DNA from: Limnohabitans sp.
GTDB lineage: Bacteria; Pseudomonadota; Gammaproteobacteria; Burkholderiales; Burkholderiaceae_C
Reading direction: 5' to 3' (one strand)
NCBI GenBank assembly: GCA_046052765.1
Contig: JAVLFQ010000052.1
DNA: 64,000 nt
This document shows, piece by piece, positions 19,218 through 28,400 of this stretch. The notes beneath the pieces were generated by a model. That model did no database searches. It was given only the letters and a program-made list of their open reading frames with translations, and was not told where the DNA came from. The stretch's first letter is position 1. Each line of letters begins with the position of its first letter. Made by a program: the position numbers and the translations under genes.

Positions 19218-19885
19218 GAGCCGCGCTTCCACTGTCCTAGCTCAACGCCTGTGACCAATTTATTCACGCCTTCACGGATGGCCAGATCCAGCACCTTGCC
19301 CGTCAAGGTGGCGTCATAACTTGCCGTGCCGCCAAACCCGATGACCTCGCGGTTTGATAGCGCAAATTCACCTGCGCCTTGCACTGAATAGACCACTTCA
19401 GCATTGGCTGCGTTCACCACATTGAGCGTGACCTTGGCATAGGCTATCTGTGTTTTACCGCGACCCAGTAAACCGAATAACTGCTGGTCGCCGACTTCCT
19501 TGCGACCGAATTCGGTGATGTCACCGGTGATCAAAAACTCAGCGCTCTTGAGCGTTTGCGTCTTACCTTCGATTTCCTTTTCAAATTTGGCTTCGCCCAG
19601 GTTGTCACGGTCCATCACTGAAAAGCGATTGGCTTGTTGCAGATGTGCGATCAAAATGGTTTTGGACTGGTTGCCCAATCGATCGACTCCATCAGAAAAC
19701 AACCCGCGCAAAAAGCTTGAACGGTTTTCGAACTTGCCAATCACCAAAGCGTAACGAGGCCCGTTGTAAGCGCTGCCTGCGCTGGCGACTTGCGGTGTAG
19801 AAAGCGCTTGCGAGGTTTCCGTGGCGCAACCGGACATGACAGCGGCAACAACACTGAGCGATAAAGCAGCGTGAATGGTTTTCAT
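19214..19885 (-). CDS. CsgG/HfaB-family outer-membrane lipoprotein
   Basis: Lipobox MSGC; GKFENRS, RFSVMDR, GDITEFGRKE. Confidence 0.88.
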   Translation of the reverse strand: MKTIHAALSLSVVAAVMSGCATETSQALSTPQVASAGSAYNGPRYALVIGKFENRSSFLRGLFSDGVDRLGNQSKTILIAHLQQANRFSVMDRDNLGEAKFEKEIEGKTQTLKSAEFLITGDITEFGRKEVGDQQLFGLLGRGKTQIAYAKVTLNVVNAANAEVVYSVQGAGEFALSNREVIGFGGTASYDATLTGKVLDLAIREGVNKLVTGVELGQWKRGS

Positions 19886-20031
19886 AGATGACGTCCTTGG
19901 CAACAAAGCGGATAGAGCAATGCAATCCACACTGTGGCTGAATATAAGTGATCAGAGCCAAGCCTGATCGTGTCAGAGGTTGAGCCTGGCTGGCAAAGCC
20001 CTTCACCACGCCATCTTGTCACAATCTATGC

Positions 20032-20835
20032 ATGAATTGGATTGACAGCCATTGCCATTTGGACGCCGAGGAATTTGCCGCAGAGCGCGACGCGGTGCGC
20101 TTGGCTGCACGCGCGGTAAAAGTGCTTACCTGTGTGATTCCAGCGGTTCAAGCGTCCAATTTCGACACAGTACGCCTGCTGGCGCATCAATATGGTGACG
20201 TGTATGCCCTCGGCATACACCCCATGTACACGCCGCAAGCAACTGAGGCCGACTTGCCAACGCTTGACGCGCAATTGCATCAGCACCGCAGCGACCCGCG
20301 TTTGGTGGCTGTGGGTGAAATCGGTCTTGATGGCTTTGTGCAGGGCTTGGACATGGCGCGTCAGCAACTGTTTTACAAAGCCCAACTGAGATTGGCGCAA
20401 CAACACGACTTGCCCGTCATCTTGCATGTGCGGCGCAGCGCAGACTTGCTGCTGCAAGGTCTGCGTCAGACGCCCGTCAAAGGCGGTATCGCCCATGCGT
20501 TCAACGGCAGTTTGCAGCAGGCGCAGCAATTCATAGACATGGGCTTCAAACTCGGTTTTGGCGGTGCGCTCACCTATGACCGGGCCTTGCAATTGCGCCG
20601 CTTGGCGATTGAGTTGCCGCTGAATGCGCTGGTGCTGGAGACCGACTCGCCAGATATCCCGCCGCACTGGTTGTATGTGACGGCGCAGCAGCGCGAGGCG
20701 GGTGTGGCGCAAGGCCGCAACACGCCCGAGCAGGTGCCGCGCATCGCGCAAGTGCTGGCTGAATTACGGGGTGTGTCAGTTGAGGAAGTGCAGCAAGCAA
20801 CGACTGAAAATGTGCGGCAGGTGTTGGGTTTGTGA
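20032..20835 (+). CDS. tatD: TatD-family DNase
   Basis: IDSHCH, VGEIGLD, PVILHVR, AHAF, LETDSP. Confidence 0.93.
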   Translation: MNWIDSHCHLDAEEFAAERDAVRLAARAVKVLTCVIPAVQASNFDTVRLLAHQYGDVYALGIHPMYTPQATEADLPTLDAQLHQHRSDPRLVAVGEIGLDGFVQGLDMARQQLFYKAQLRLAQQHDLPVILHVRRSADLLLQGLRQTPVKGGIAHAFNGSLQQAQQFIDMGFKLGFGGALTYDRALQLRRLAIELPLNALVLETDSPDIPPHWLYVTAQQREAGVAQGRNTPEQVPRIAQVLAELRGVSVEEVQQATTENVRQVLGL

Positions 20836-20853
20836 TTTGAAGACAATCCCACC

Positions 20854-21609
20854 ATGACAGCTACTCCCCTCAAACTCCCGCCAGTCAATGTATCCGAGCA
20901 TGGCAAGGTGCGTTATTTGCACTTGGGTACCGTGTGGATTCAGGGCTCGATGATGCTGAACAAACCCAACGACATTGAGCTCGACTATGTGCAACGCATG
21001 CAGGCCTGGCTGTTGTTTCATGAGGCTGACGAGGTCGATGGCATGCACGCCATGCAATTCGGTCTGGGCGCTGCGGCTTTGACCAAAAATTGCCACCAGG
21101 TGCTGAAGATGCGCACCACTGCTATCGAACTCAACCCACAGGTTATTGCTGCTTGCCGCACTTGGTTTGAATTGGCTGCGGACGATGAACGACTGAGTGT
21201 GGTGTTGGGTGACGCGGCCGAGGTCGCGGCGCACGAGCACTGGCAGCAGCAGGTCGATGTGCTGCATGTGGATTTGTACGACGATGAAGCCGCCGCACCT
21301 GTGTTGGATGATGCCGGGTTTTATGCCGATTGCCGACAGCTGTTGACCTCGCGAGGTTGCTTATTGGTGAATCTGTTCGGGCGTTCGTCCAGCTTTGAGC
21401 GCAGTCTGGGACATATCACCCAAGCTTTCGGTGCTGATGCGGTGTGGGCGTTCAAGCCGACGCGGGAAGGAAATACCGTGGTGTTGGCGTTGCGCAACCC
21501 GCAACATCCAAGTGATGAAGTTTTGCAAGCACGGGCCACGGAGATTCAAAGACGCTGGCGCTTGCCGGCGCCTCAGTGGTTGCGAATGTTCAAGCCGGTA
21601 TTGGCATAG
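20854..21609 (+). CDS. Spermidine synthase-like SAM-dependent transferase
   Basis: VRYLHL, GLGAAAL (motif I variant), IELNPQV, GDA, VDLYD. Confidence 0.8.
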   Translation: MTATPLKLPPVNVSEHGKVRYLHLGTVWIQGSMMLNKPNDIELDYVQRMQAWLLFHEADEVDGMHAMQFGLGAAALTKNCHQVLKMRTTAIELNPQVIAACRTWFELAADDERLSVVLGDAAEVAAHEHWQQQVDVLHVDLYDDEAAAPVLDDAGFYADCRQLLTSRGCLLVNLFGRSSSFERSLGHITQAFGADAVWAFKPTREGNTVVLALRNPQHPSDEVLQARATEIQRRWRLPAPQWLRMFKPVLA

Positions 21610-21647
21610 GTGACAATCACACTTCAACGCAATTCAGGAGTTTCGAC

Positions 21648-22145
21648 TTGTCGATCAAGAGCCAAAAAGATTTCACTTCAGGCGCACTGTTCACTTTGAC
21701 GGGTGCGGCATTCGCTTGGAGTTCGGCCACTGATTTCAGCGTGGGCGCTGCCAGTCAAATGGGGCCAGGTTATTTCCCCTTGGTACTGGGTTTGTTGCTG
21801 GTGCTGCTGGGCGGCTTCATCATGTTTTTTTCATTGGTGGTGGAAACACCCGATGGAGGCGTGATGGGTAGCGTGGCATGGCGACCGCTGGTTTGTATTT
21901 TGGGTGCCAATTTGGTGTTTGGTGTTTTTCTCGGGGGGCTGCCGATGCTTGGATTTCCCTCTTTGGGTTTGATTGCCGCCATCTATGGTTTATGCGGCTT
22001 GGCCTTGCTAGCTGATGCCTCCAGTTTCACTTTCAAACGATGGTTGGTGCTGGCCAGTGTGCTGGCCGTAGGCAGTTATCTGGTGTTTATTTACCTGTTG
22101 AAACTGCCATTGCCGTTATGGCCTGTATTCATCAACCAGAATTGA
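21648..22145 (+). CDS. tctB: Tripartite tricarboxylate transporter small subunit TctB
   Basis: IKSQKDF.SGALF and MGPGYFP; probable TTG start at 21648 after an AGGAG ribosome-binding site. Confidence 0.85.
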   Translation: MSIKSQKDFTSGALFTLTGAAFAWSSATDFSVGAASQMGPGYFPLVLGLLLVLLGGFIMFFSLVVETPDGGVMGSVAWRPLVCILGANLVFGVFLGGLPMLGFPSLGLIAAIYGLCGLALLADASSFTFKRWLVLASVLAVGSYLVFIYLLKLPLPLWPVFINQN

Positions 22146-22155
22146 TCGGATACCT

Positions 22156-23667
22156 ATGGATTTGCTCGCTAACCTCGCCACCGGATTTGCTGTTGCAGGC
22201 ACGCCCATCAATTTGTTGTATGCGCTGATTGGCTGTTTATTGGGCACGCTCATCGGCGTACTGCCTGGTATAGGGCCAGTCGCCACGATTGCCATGCTGC
22301 TGCCCGCCACCTACGCCTTGCCGCCGGTGTCAGCATTGATCATGCTCGCAGGGATTTACTATGGTGCGCAGTATGGTGGTTCGACCACCGCCATTTTGGT
22401 TAACTTGCCTGGCGAATCTTCGTCGGTGGTCACCACACTCGATGGTTACCAAATGGCGCGTCAAGGGCGGGCAGGACCTGCGTTGGCAGCAGCTGGGTTG
22501 GGTTCTTTTTTTGCAGGATGCGTTGGCACCTTGTTGCTGGCTGCGTTTGCGGCGCCTTTGACCACCGTGGCTTTTGCTTTCGGTCCTGCTGAGTATTGTG
22601 CGTTGATGGTCGTTGGTCTGGTAGGTGCCGTGGTGCTGGCCTCAGGTTCTTTGCTCAAAGCCATTGCCATGATCATCTTGGGGCTGTTGCTGGGGCTGGT
22701 TGGTACTGATTTGAATTCGGGTGTGGCACGTTTCAGTATGGACATCCCTGAGCTTGCTGACGGCATCGGTTTTGTAGCAGTGGCCATGGGCATGTTTGGC
22801 TATGGCGAAATCATCACCAATCTGGCCAAAAGTGAAAACGAGCGTGAAGTATTCACTGCCAAAGTGCAGGGCTTGTTCCCGACCCGCGAGGATGTCAAAC
22901 AAATGATGCCCGCCGTATTGCGCGGCACGGCGCTGGGCTCGGTGCTGGGCGTACTGCCGGGCGGAGGCGCGGTACTGGCATCGTTTGCTGCTTATACCTT
23001 GGAGAAAAAAATCAAGCTCAAGGCAGGCGAAGTGCCACTGGGTCAGGGCAATATCCGAGGCGTGGCGTCGCCCGAATCGGCCAACAACGCAGGCGCCCAA
23101 ACTTCATTCATTCCTTTGCTCACTTTGGGGATACCGCCCAATGCGGTCATGGCTTTGATGGTCGGCGCCATGACCATACACAACATACAACCTGGCCCGC
23201 AAGTGATGACGGTCAATCCCGAGTTGTTCTGGGGTTTGATCGTGTCGATGTGGATTGGCAACTTGATGCTCATCATTTTGAATCTGCCAATGATTGGTAT
23301 TTGGATCAAACTGCTGACCGTGCCCTACCACTATTTGTTTCCGGCCATTGTGTTGTTTTGTGCGATTGGCGTCTACACCACCAACAATGCCACGTTTGAT
23401 ATTTGGTTGGTGGCCTTGTTTGGATTAGCTGGGTATGTGTTCACCAAGCTCGGCTGTGAACCCGCGCCTTTGTTGCTCGGCTTCATACTGGGTCCGATGA
23501 TGGAAGAGTATTTGAAACGCGCCTTGAAGTTGTCACGCGGGGACTGGTCGGTGTTCATTACCCGTCCCTTGTCTGCGGCTTTGCTGGCGCTGGCGGTGGC
23601 CTTGTTGTTGCTGGTATTGCTGCCGGCCATCAAGTCCAAAAGAGAAGAAGCATTTGTTGAAGATTGA
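22156..23667 (+). CDS. tctA: Tripartite tricarboxylate transporter large subunit TctA
   Basis: GVLPGIG, IYYGAQYGGS, NLPGE, PESANNA, LTLGIP. Confidence 0.95.
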   Translation: MDLLANLATGFAVAGTPINLLYALIGCLLGTLIGVLPGIGPVATIAMLLPATYALPPVSALIMLAGIYYGAQYGGSTTAILVNLPGESSSVVTTLDGYQMARQGRAGPALAAAGLGSFFAGCVGTLLLAAFAAPLTTVAFAFGPAEYCALMVVGLVGAVVLASGSLLKAIAMIILGLLLGLVGTDLNSGVARFSMDIPELADGIGFVAVAMGMFGYGEIITNLAKSENEREVFTAKVQGLFPTREDVKQMMPAVLRGTALGSVLGVLPGGGAVLASFAAYTLEKKIKLKAGEVPLGQGNIRGVASPESANNAGAQTSFIPLLTLGIPPNAVMALMVGAMTIHNIQPGPQVMTVNPELFWGLIVSMWIGNLMLIILNLPMIGIWIKLLTVPYHYLFPAIVLFCAIGVYTTNNATFDIWLVALFGLAGYVFTKLGCEPAPLLLGFILGPMMEEYLKRALKLSRGDWSVFITRPLSAALLALAVALLLLVLLPAIKSKREEAFVED

Positions 23668-23676
23668 GATTGGCGC

Positions 23677-24957
23677 ATGAAAGAACATGTTTTACGCCGT
23701 GCACTGCACAACGAAGTGCATGCCCGTCCGCCTGAGCCTATGCGCGCGCCGCTGGCCATCACCCATGTGGTGATGCTGGCCGATGCCTCTGCCCGCGAAG
23801 CCAGCCGAGAACATTTGCTGGCCTTGCTGCGGGATCACCATTTGCCGGTGCCCGATGCGCAGGCCAACCATTTGCGAATCGATCTGGGTCGTTGGCGATT
23901 GCGCTGGGAGCTGCACACCGAGTTTGTCACCTGGACCTTTATGGTGGATGGCACTGCCGGTTTGCCCAAGCAAGAAGATTACGGTTTGGCTTTACACGCC
24001 ATTCCTCAACAATGGTTGGAGGCCTTGCCTGGCGAATGTTTATCGCGTATTCATTTATGGGCCAAGCAAACAGACAATCTCGCTGACCGCGAGGAACTGC
24101 ATCAGCAGTTTCGTGAAGACAGTTTGGTGGTCTGTCAACTTGCTGAAGGTTCTGCCACCTTGCACACCGATTTTCAAATTGACCCGAATGGTTTTTCTCG
24201 CATGTTGTTGCGTGTCGCTCAGTTATCGCAGCGAAGATTGGGTCGTTTGGTGCAGCGATTGTTAGAGATTGAAACCTACCGCATGATGGCATTGTTGGGT
24301 TTGCCGGTGGCTCGCACTGCCGCTCCCGCACTGGCGCAGGCCGAGCAGGAATTGGCGGATTTGGCTCAAGCCATACGCAGCGCACACCATGACGAAGAAG
24401 CAGATTTGCTTGAGCGATTGACCCGTCTGGCTGGCCAAGTCGAAGGCCAATATGCATCACAACATTCACGCTTTTCTGCCAGCAAGGCGTATTTTGAATT
24501 GGTGGACAGACGCATCCAAGATATCCGTGAAACACGCCTACCAGGCTTTCAATCTATCGGTGAATTCATGGACAGGCGTTTGTCGCCTGCACGCAGCACT
24601 TGTGACTGGGTGGCCAAGCGCCAAACCGCATTGTCCGAACGCGTTTCGCGCATGAGCAATTTATTGCGCACCCGGGTCGATTTCCAACAGGAGCAAAGCA
24701 GTCAAGCTCTGCTGACAGCGATGAACCAACGCCAAGGCATGCAATTGAAACTGCAAACCACGGTGGAAGGTTTGTCGGTCGCTGCCATCACTTATTACAT
24801 CGCAGGTTTGATGCACTATGTGGCTGAGGGATTGCAGGCCAAAGGTTGGATCAATGACCCGAGCTTTGTCACCGCCATGGCGGTGCCTGTGATTGCCTTG
24901 GTGGTTTGGCGTATCACGCGGCATTTGCATTTCAAGGTGTTACGCACTGACACTTGA
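23677..24957 (+). CDS. DUF3422-family membrane protein
   Basis: LHNEVHARP, WELHTEF, QRLLEIETYRMMALLG, LQTTVEGLSVAAITYY. Confidence 0.85.
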   Translation: MKEHVLRRALHNEVHARPPEPMRAPLAITHVVMLADASAREASREHLLALLRDHHLPVPDAQANHLRIDLGRWRLRWELHTEFVTWTFMVDGTAGLPKQEDYGLALHAIPQQWLEALPGECLSRIHLWAKQTDNLADREELHQQFREDSLVVCQLAEGSATLHTDFQIDPNGFSRMLLRVAQLSQRRLGRLVQRLLEIETYRMMALLGLPVARTAAPALAQAEQELADLAQAIRSAHHDEEADLLERLTRLAGQVEGQYASQHSRFSASKAYFELVDRRIQDIRETRLPGFQSIGEFMDRRLSPARSTCDWVAKRQTALSERVSRMSNLLRTRVDFQQEQSSQALLTAMNQRQGMQLKLQTTVEGLSVAAITYYIAGLMHYVAEGLQAKGWINDPSFVTAMAVPVIALVVWRITRHLHFKVLRTDT

Positions 24958-25007
24958 CATTTTTACCTCGGGCAGTGTCACCCTTTTGTTATCCCTCAAA
25001 GTCAACC

Positions 25008-26630
25008 ATGCATTTCAATTTCAATAATCCTTACAGCAGCACACGCCTTCCTGTTTTTGCCCGCAATATTGTTTCTACTTCGCACCCGTTGGCAGCGCAG
25101 GCTGGTTTGCGCATGCTGTGGCGCGGCGGCAATGCGGTCGACGCTGCCATTGCAGCGGCTGCGGTACTGACCATTGTGGAGCCGGTCAGCTGCGGTCTGG
25201 GTTCAGACGCATTTTGTATTTTGTGGGATGGTCAGCAGCTACACGGCTTGAATGCTTCCGGGCGCGCACCGCAGGCTTGGACACCGGCGTATTTCCAGCG
25301 CAAATACGGTGACAACGCCATGCAACCACCTAAGCGCGGCATCGACTCGGTGACCGTGCCTGGCGCGGTCGCTGGTTGGGTGGCATTGAGCGAGCGCTTT
25401 GGCAAATTGCCTTTTGAAGAGTTAATGCAACCTGCGATTGAGACAGCCGAGCGCGGTTTTTTATTGAGCGTGGTGGTGCAGGAAAAATGGGCGGCGCCAG
25501 TGGAAGAACTTAAAGGCCAGCCCGGTTTTGCCCAAGCTTTTTTGCCGCGTGGGCGCGCCCCTGAGGTCGGCGAATTGTTTCAATTCGCCGCGGCAGCCCA
25601 GGGACTGCGAGCCATTGGAAAAACCAAAGGCCAAGCGTTTTACGGCGGCGAAATCGCCGAAGCTCTAGAGCGTTTTTCGAATACGCATGGCGGTTCGTTG
25701 AAAGCCTCTGACTTTGCCGCTTACCAAGCCGAATGGGTCAAGCCGATTGCCATGGATTACCGCGGTCATACGCTGCACGAAATACCACCCAATGGGCAAG
25801 GCATTGCTGCGCTGATTGCCTTGGGCATATTGGATAACTTTGATCTGGCGGCGTTGCAGCGCGATGGCGTGGATTCTCAACACGTGCAAATCGAAGCCAT
25901 GAAACTCGCGTTTGCCGATGTTTACCGTTATGTGGCAGAAGAAAGCAGCATGGAAGTCACCGCCGCACAAATGCTGGACAAGTCCTATTTGAAAGAGCGT
26001 GCCAAGTTGATTGATATGCAACGTGCACAAGACTTTAAAGCCGGTAATCCAGCCAAAGGCGGCACCATCTACCTGACGGCAGCCGATGAAAACGGCATGA
26101 TGGTCAGTTTTATCCAAAGCAATTACATGGGTTTTGGTTCAGGGTGCGTTGAACCGACATTCGGCGTGAGTTTGCAAAACCGTGGCCATGCGTTCGCTGT
26201 GCGCTCTGGTGGTTTGAACCCGGCCAATCTGGTGGCGCCGGGCAAACGACCGTTTCACACCATCATTCCGGCGTTTCTCACCCAAGACGGCCAACCCGTG
26301 ATGAGCTATGGCGTGATGGGTGCGAACATGCAACCGCAAGGCCATGTGCAAACCTTGGTGCGTATGTTGGATTACGCGCAAAACCCGCAAGCCGCGTGTG
26401 ACGCACCGCGTTGGCGCTACAACGAAGGCTTGGTGATCAATGTGGAAGCCGGTATGGATGCGCACACCGTGCAAGGTTTACAGCAGCGTGGGCACGCCAT
26501 GGAAGTCATCAACGACAGTTACCAGGACTTCGGTTCTGGTCAATTCATTTGGCGCATGGGCGACCCCAAGGTGCAAGGCTATGTGGCGGCCAGCGATTCA
26601 CGCCGCGATGGATTGGTCGCTGGTTTTTAA
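25008..26630 (+). CDS. ggt: Gamma-glutamyltransferase family protein
   Basis: GGNAVDAAIA, catalytic GGTIYL, SFIQSNY, RPFHTIIP, MQPQGH. Confidence 0.93.
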   Translation: MHFNFNNPYSSTRLPVFARNIVSTSHPLAAQAGLRMLWRGGNAVDAAIAAAAVLTIVEPVSCGLGSDAFCILWDGQQLHGLNASGRAPQAWTPAYFQRKYGDNAMQPPKRGIDSVTVPGAVAGWVALSERFGKLPFEELMQPAIETAERGFLLSVVVQEKWAAPVEELKGQPGFAQAFLPRGRAPEVGELFQFAAAAQGLRAIGKTKGQAFYGGEIAEALERFSNTHGGSLKASDFAAYQAEWVKPIAMDYRGHTLHEIPPNGQGIAALIALGILDNFDLAALQRDGVDSQHVQIEAMKLAFADVYRYVAEESSMEVTAAQMLDKSYLKERAKLIDMQRAQDFKAGNPAKGGTIYLTAADENGMMVSFIQSNYMGFGSGCVEPTFGVSLQNRGHAFAVRSGGLNPANLVAPGKRPFHTIIPAFLTQDGQPVMSYGVMGANMQPQGHVQTLVRMLDYAQNPQAACDAPRWRYNEGLVINVEAGMDAHTVQGLQQRGHAMEVINDSYQDFGSGQFIWRMGDPKVQGYVAASDSRRDGLVAGF

Positions 26631-27569
26631 ATGTTCGATGCACTGGGTATGCGTTTGGGGCGTTTGTCGCCCTACACCTTAGGCATTTTGTTGGCCTTGT
26701 CTGGGGCGATTGCATTCAGCGGCAAAGCCATTATTGTCAAACTGTCTTACCGTTACGGCGTTGATGCCGTCACGGTCATCATGTACCGCATGTTGTTTGC
26801 CCTGCCGTTTTTTATCGCCATGACTTGGTGGGCTTCACAACAACCCCACGCACGAGCACATCCGTTGGACCGACGCGATCTGCTGGCGATTGCCGGTCTG
26901 GGTTTTTTGGGTTACTACTTGGCCAGCTTTCTGGATTTTCTGGGATTGCAAACCATCACAGCGAGCTTAGAGCGGTTGATCTTGTATTTGAACCCGACCT
27001 TGGTCATGTTGCTCAGTGCTTTGCTTTACCAACACCGCATACTCGCGCGACGAGCCTGGGCCATGGCCATCAGCTATGCCGGTGTGTTGGTGGTGTTCGG
27101 ACACGAGGTTAGCTTCAGCGGTAACGGCGTGGTGGTGGGTTCGGCCTTTGTCTTCACCAGTGCTTTGTCATACGCGCTGTATTTGATGTTCAGTGGCCAA
27201 ATGGTCAAACGCATAGGCGCATTGCGCTTGGTCGGCATGGCTTCCATCGTGGCCTGTGTCTGTTGTTTGCTGCAATTTGTCATACTCAGGCCTTGGTCGG
27301 CTGTGTGGGTGCAGCCGCAGGTGCTGACCTTGGCCTTGATGAATGCAACGGTTTGCACGGTAGCGCCTGTCGTGTGCATCATGATGGCGATAGAGCGTAT
27401 CGGCGCTGCGTTGACGTCGCAGGTTGGCATGGTGGGCCCCATATCCACCCTGACATTGGGTGTGTGGGTGTTGGGTGAGCCGGTCAACGGCTGGATTGGC
27501 ATGGGCACTTTGCTGGTGCTCGCTGGTGTGTATATGGCTTCGCAATCAGGAGAAAAAACATGGACTTAG
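26631..27569 (+). CDS. EamA/DMT-family transporter
   Basis: About 10 hydrophobic segments with an internal duplication; LERLILYL; VLGEP. Confidence 0.88.
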   Translation: MFDALGMRLGRLSPYTLGILLALSGAIAFSGKAIIVKLSYRYGVDAVTVIMYRMLFALPFFIAMTWWASQQPHARAHPLDRRDLLAIAGLGFLGYYLASFLDFLGLQTITASLERLILYLNPTLVMLLSALLYQHRILARRAWAMAISYAGVLVVFGHEVSFSGNGVVVGSAFVFTSALSYALYLMFSGQMVKRIGALRLVGMASIVACVCCLLQFVILRPWSAVWVQPQVLTLALMNATVCTVAPVVCIMMAIERIGAALTSQVGMVGPISTLTLGVWVLGEPVNGWIGMGTLLVLAGVYMASQSGEKTWT

Positions 27570-28354
27570 GCATCAAAGGTAAATGGGCGCTGGTGGGCGG
27601 CGCGAGCAAGGGTTTGGGCTGGGGGTGTGCCAGTGCGCTGGCGCAAGCTGGCGTCAATTTGGTGATGGTGTCGCGCGGCGCTGCTGTGTTGGAGGCTGCC
27701 GCAGCAGGGCTGCGTCAACACGGTGTGACGGTTTTGACGGTGGCTGAGGACATCACCTCCGAAGCTGGACGTGCAGCCATTTGGTCAGTGGCTGGGGGAC
27801 CAGCAAATAACTTTGATATCGTGGTGACCAACGCCGGTGGCCCGCCCAGCGGCGACTTTCGCGAATGGGACCGGGACGCTTGGATCAAGGCCGTGGATGC
27901 CAATATGCTGACCCCGATCGAACTGATGAAAGCCACCATTGATGGCATGGCAGCACGTGGCTTTGGGCGCATAGTCAACATCACCTCTAGTGCGGTCAAA
28001 GCACCCATCGATATTTTGGGTTTGTCCAATGGCGCGCGCAGCGGTCTGAGCGGATTCGTTGCCGGTTTGTCTCGCAACCCTTCTATTGCCAAGCACAATG
28101 TCACCATCAATAATTTGCTGCCAGGTGCGTTTGACACTGACAGGCTCAAAGGTATTTTGCAAACGACAGCCGAAAAAACCGGCAAGAGCGTGGAAGAGCT
28201 TGCGCAAGCACGCCGTGCCAGTGCCCCTGCCAACCGGTTTGGTACGCCTGAGGAGTTCGGTAACACCTGTGCATTTTTGTGCAGCCAGCATGCAGGTTTT
28301 ATCAATGGTCAAAACATATTGATCGACGGCGGTGCTTACCCGGGGGCTTACTAA
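27560..28354 (+). CDS. SDR-family oxidoreductase
   Basis: GASKGLG, TNAGG, TINNLLPG, LIDGG. Confidence 0.9.
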   Translation: MDLGIKGKWALVGGASKGLGWGCASALAQAGVNLVMVSRGAAVLEAAAAGLRQHGVTVLTVAEDITSEAGRAAIWSVAGGPANNFDIVVTNAGGPPSGDFREWDRDAWIKAVDANMLTPIELMKATIDGMAARGFGRIVNITSSAVKAPIDILGLSNGARSGLSGFVAGLSRNPSIAKHNVTINNLLPGAFDTDRLKGILQTTAEKTGKSVEELAQARRASAPANRFGTPEEFGNTCAFLCSQHAGFINGQNILIDGGAYPGAY

Positions 28355-28400
28355 CCTTGGGTTTAGTAGCCAAGGGCTTACTAAAGTAGTGGGATGTGGA

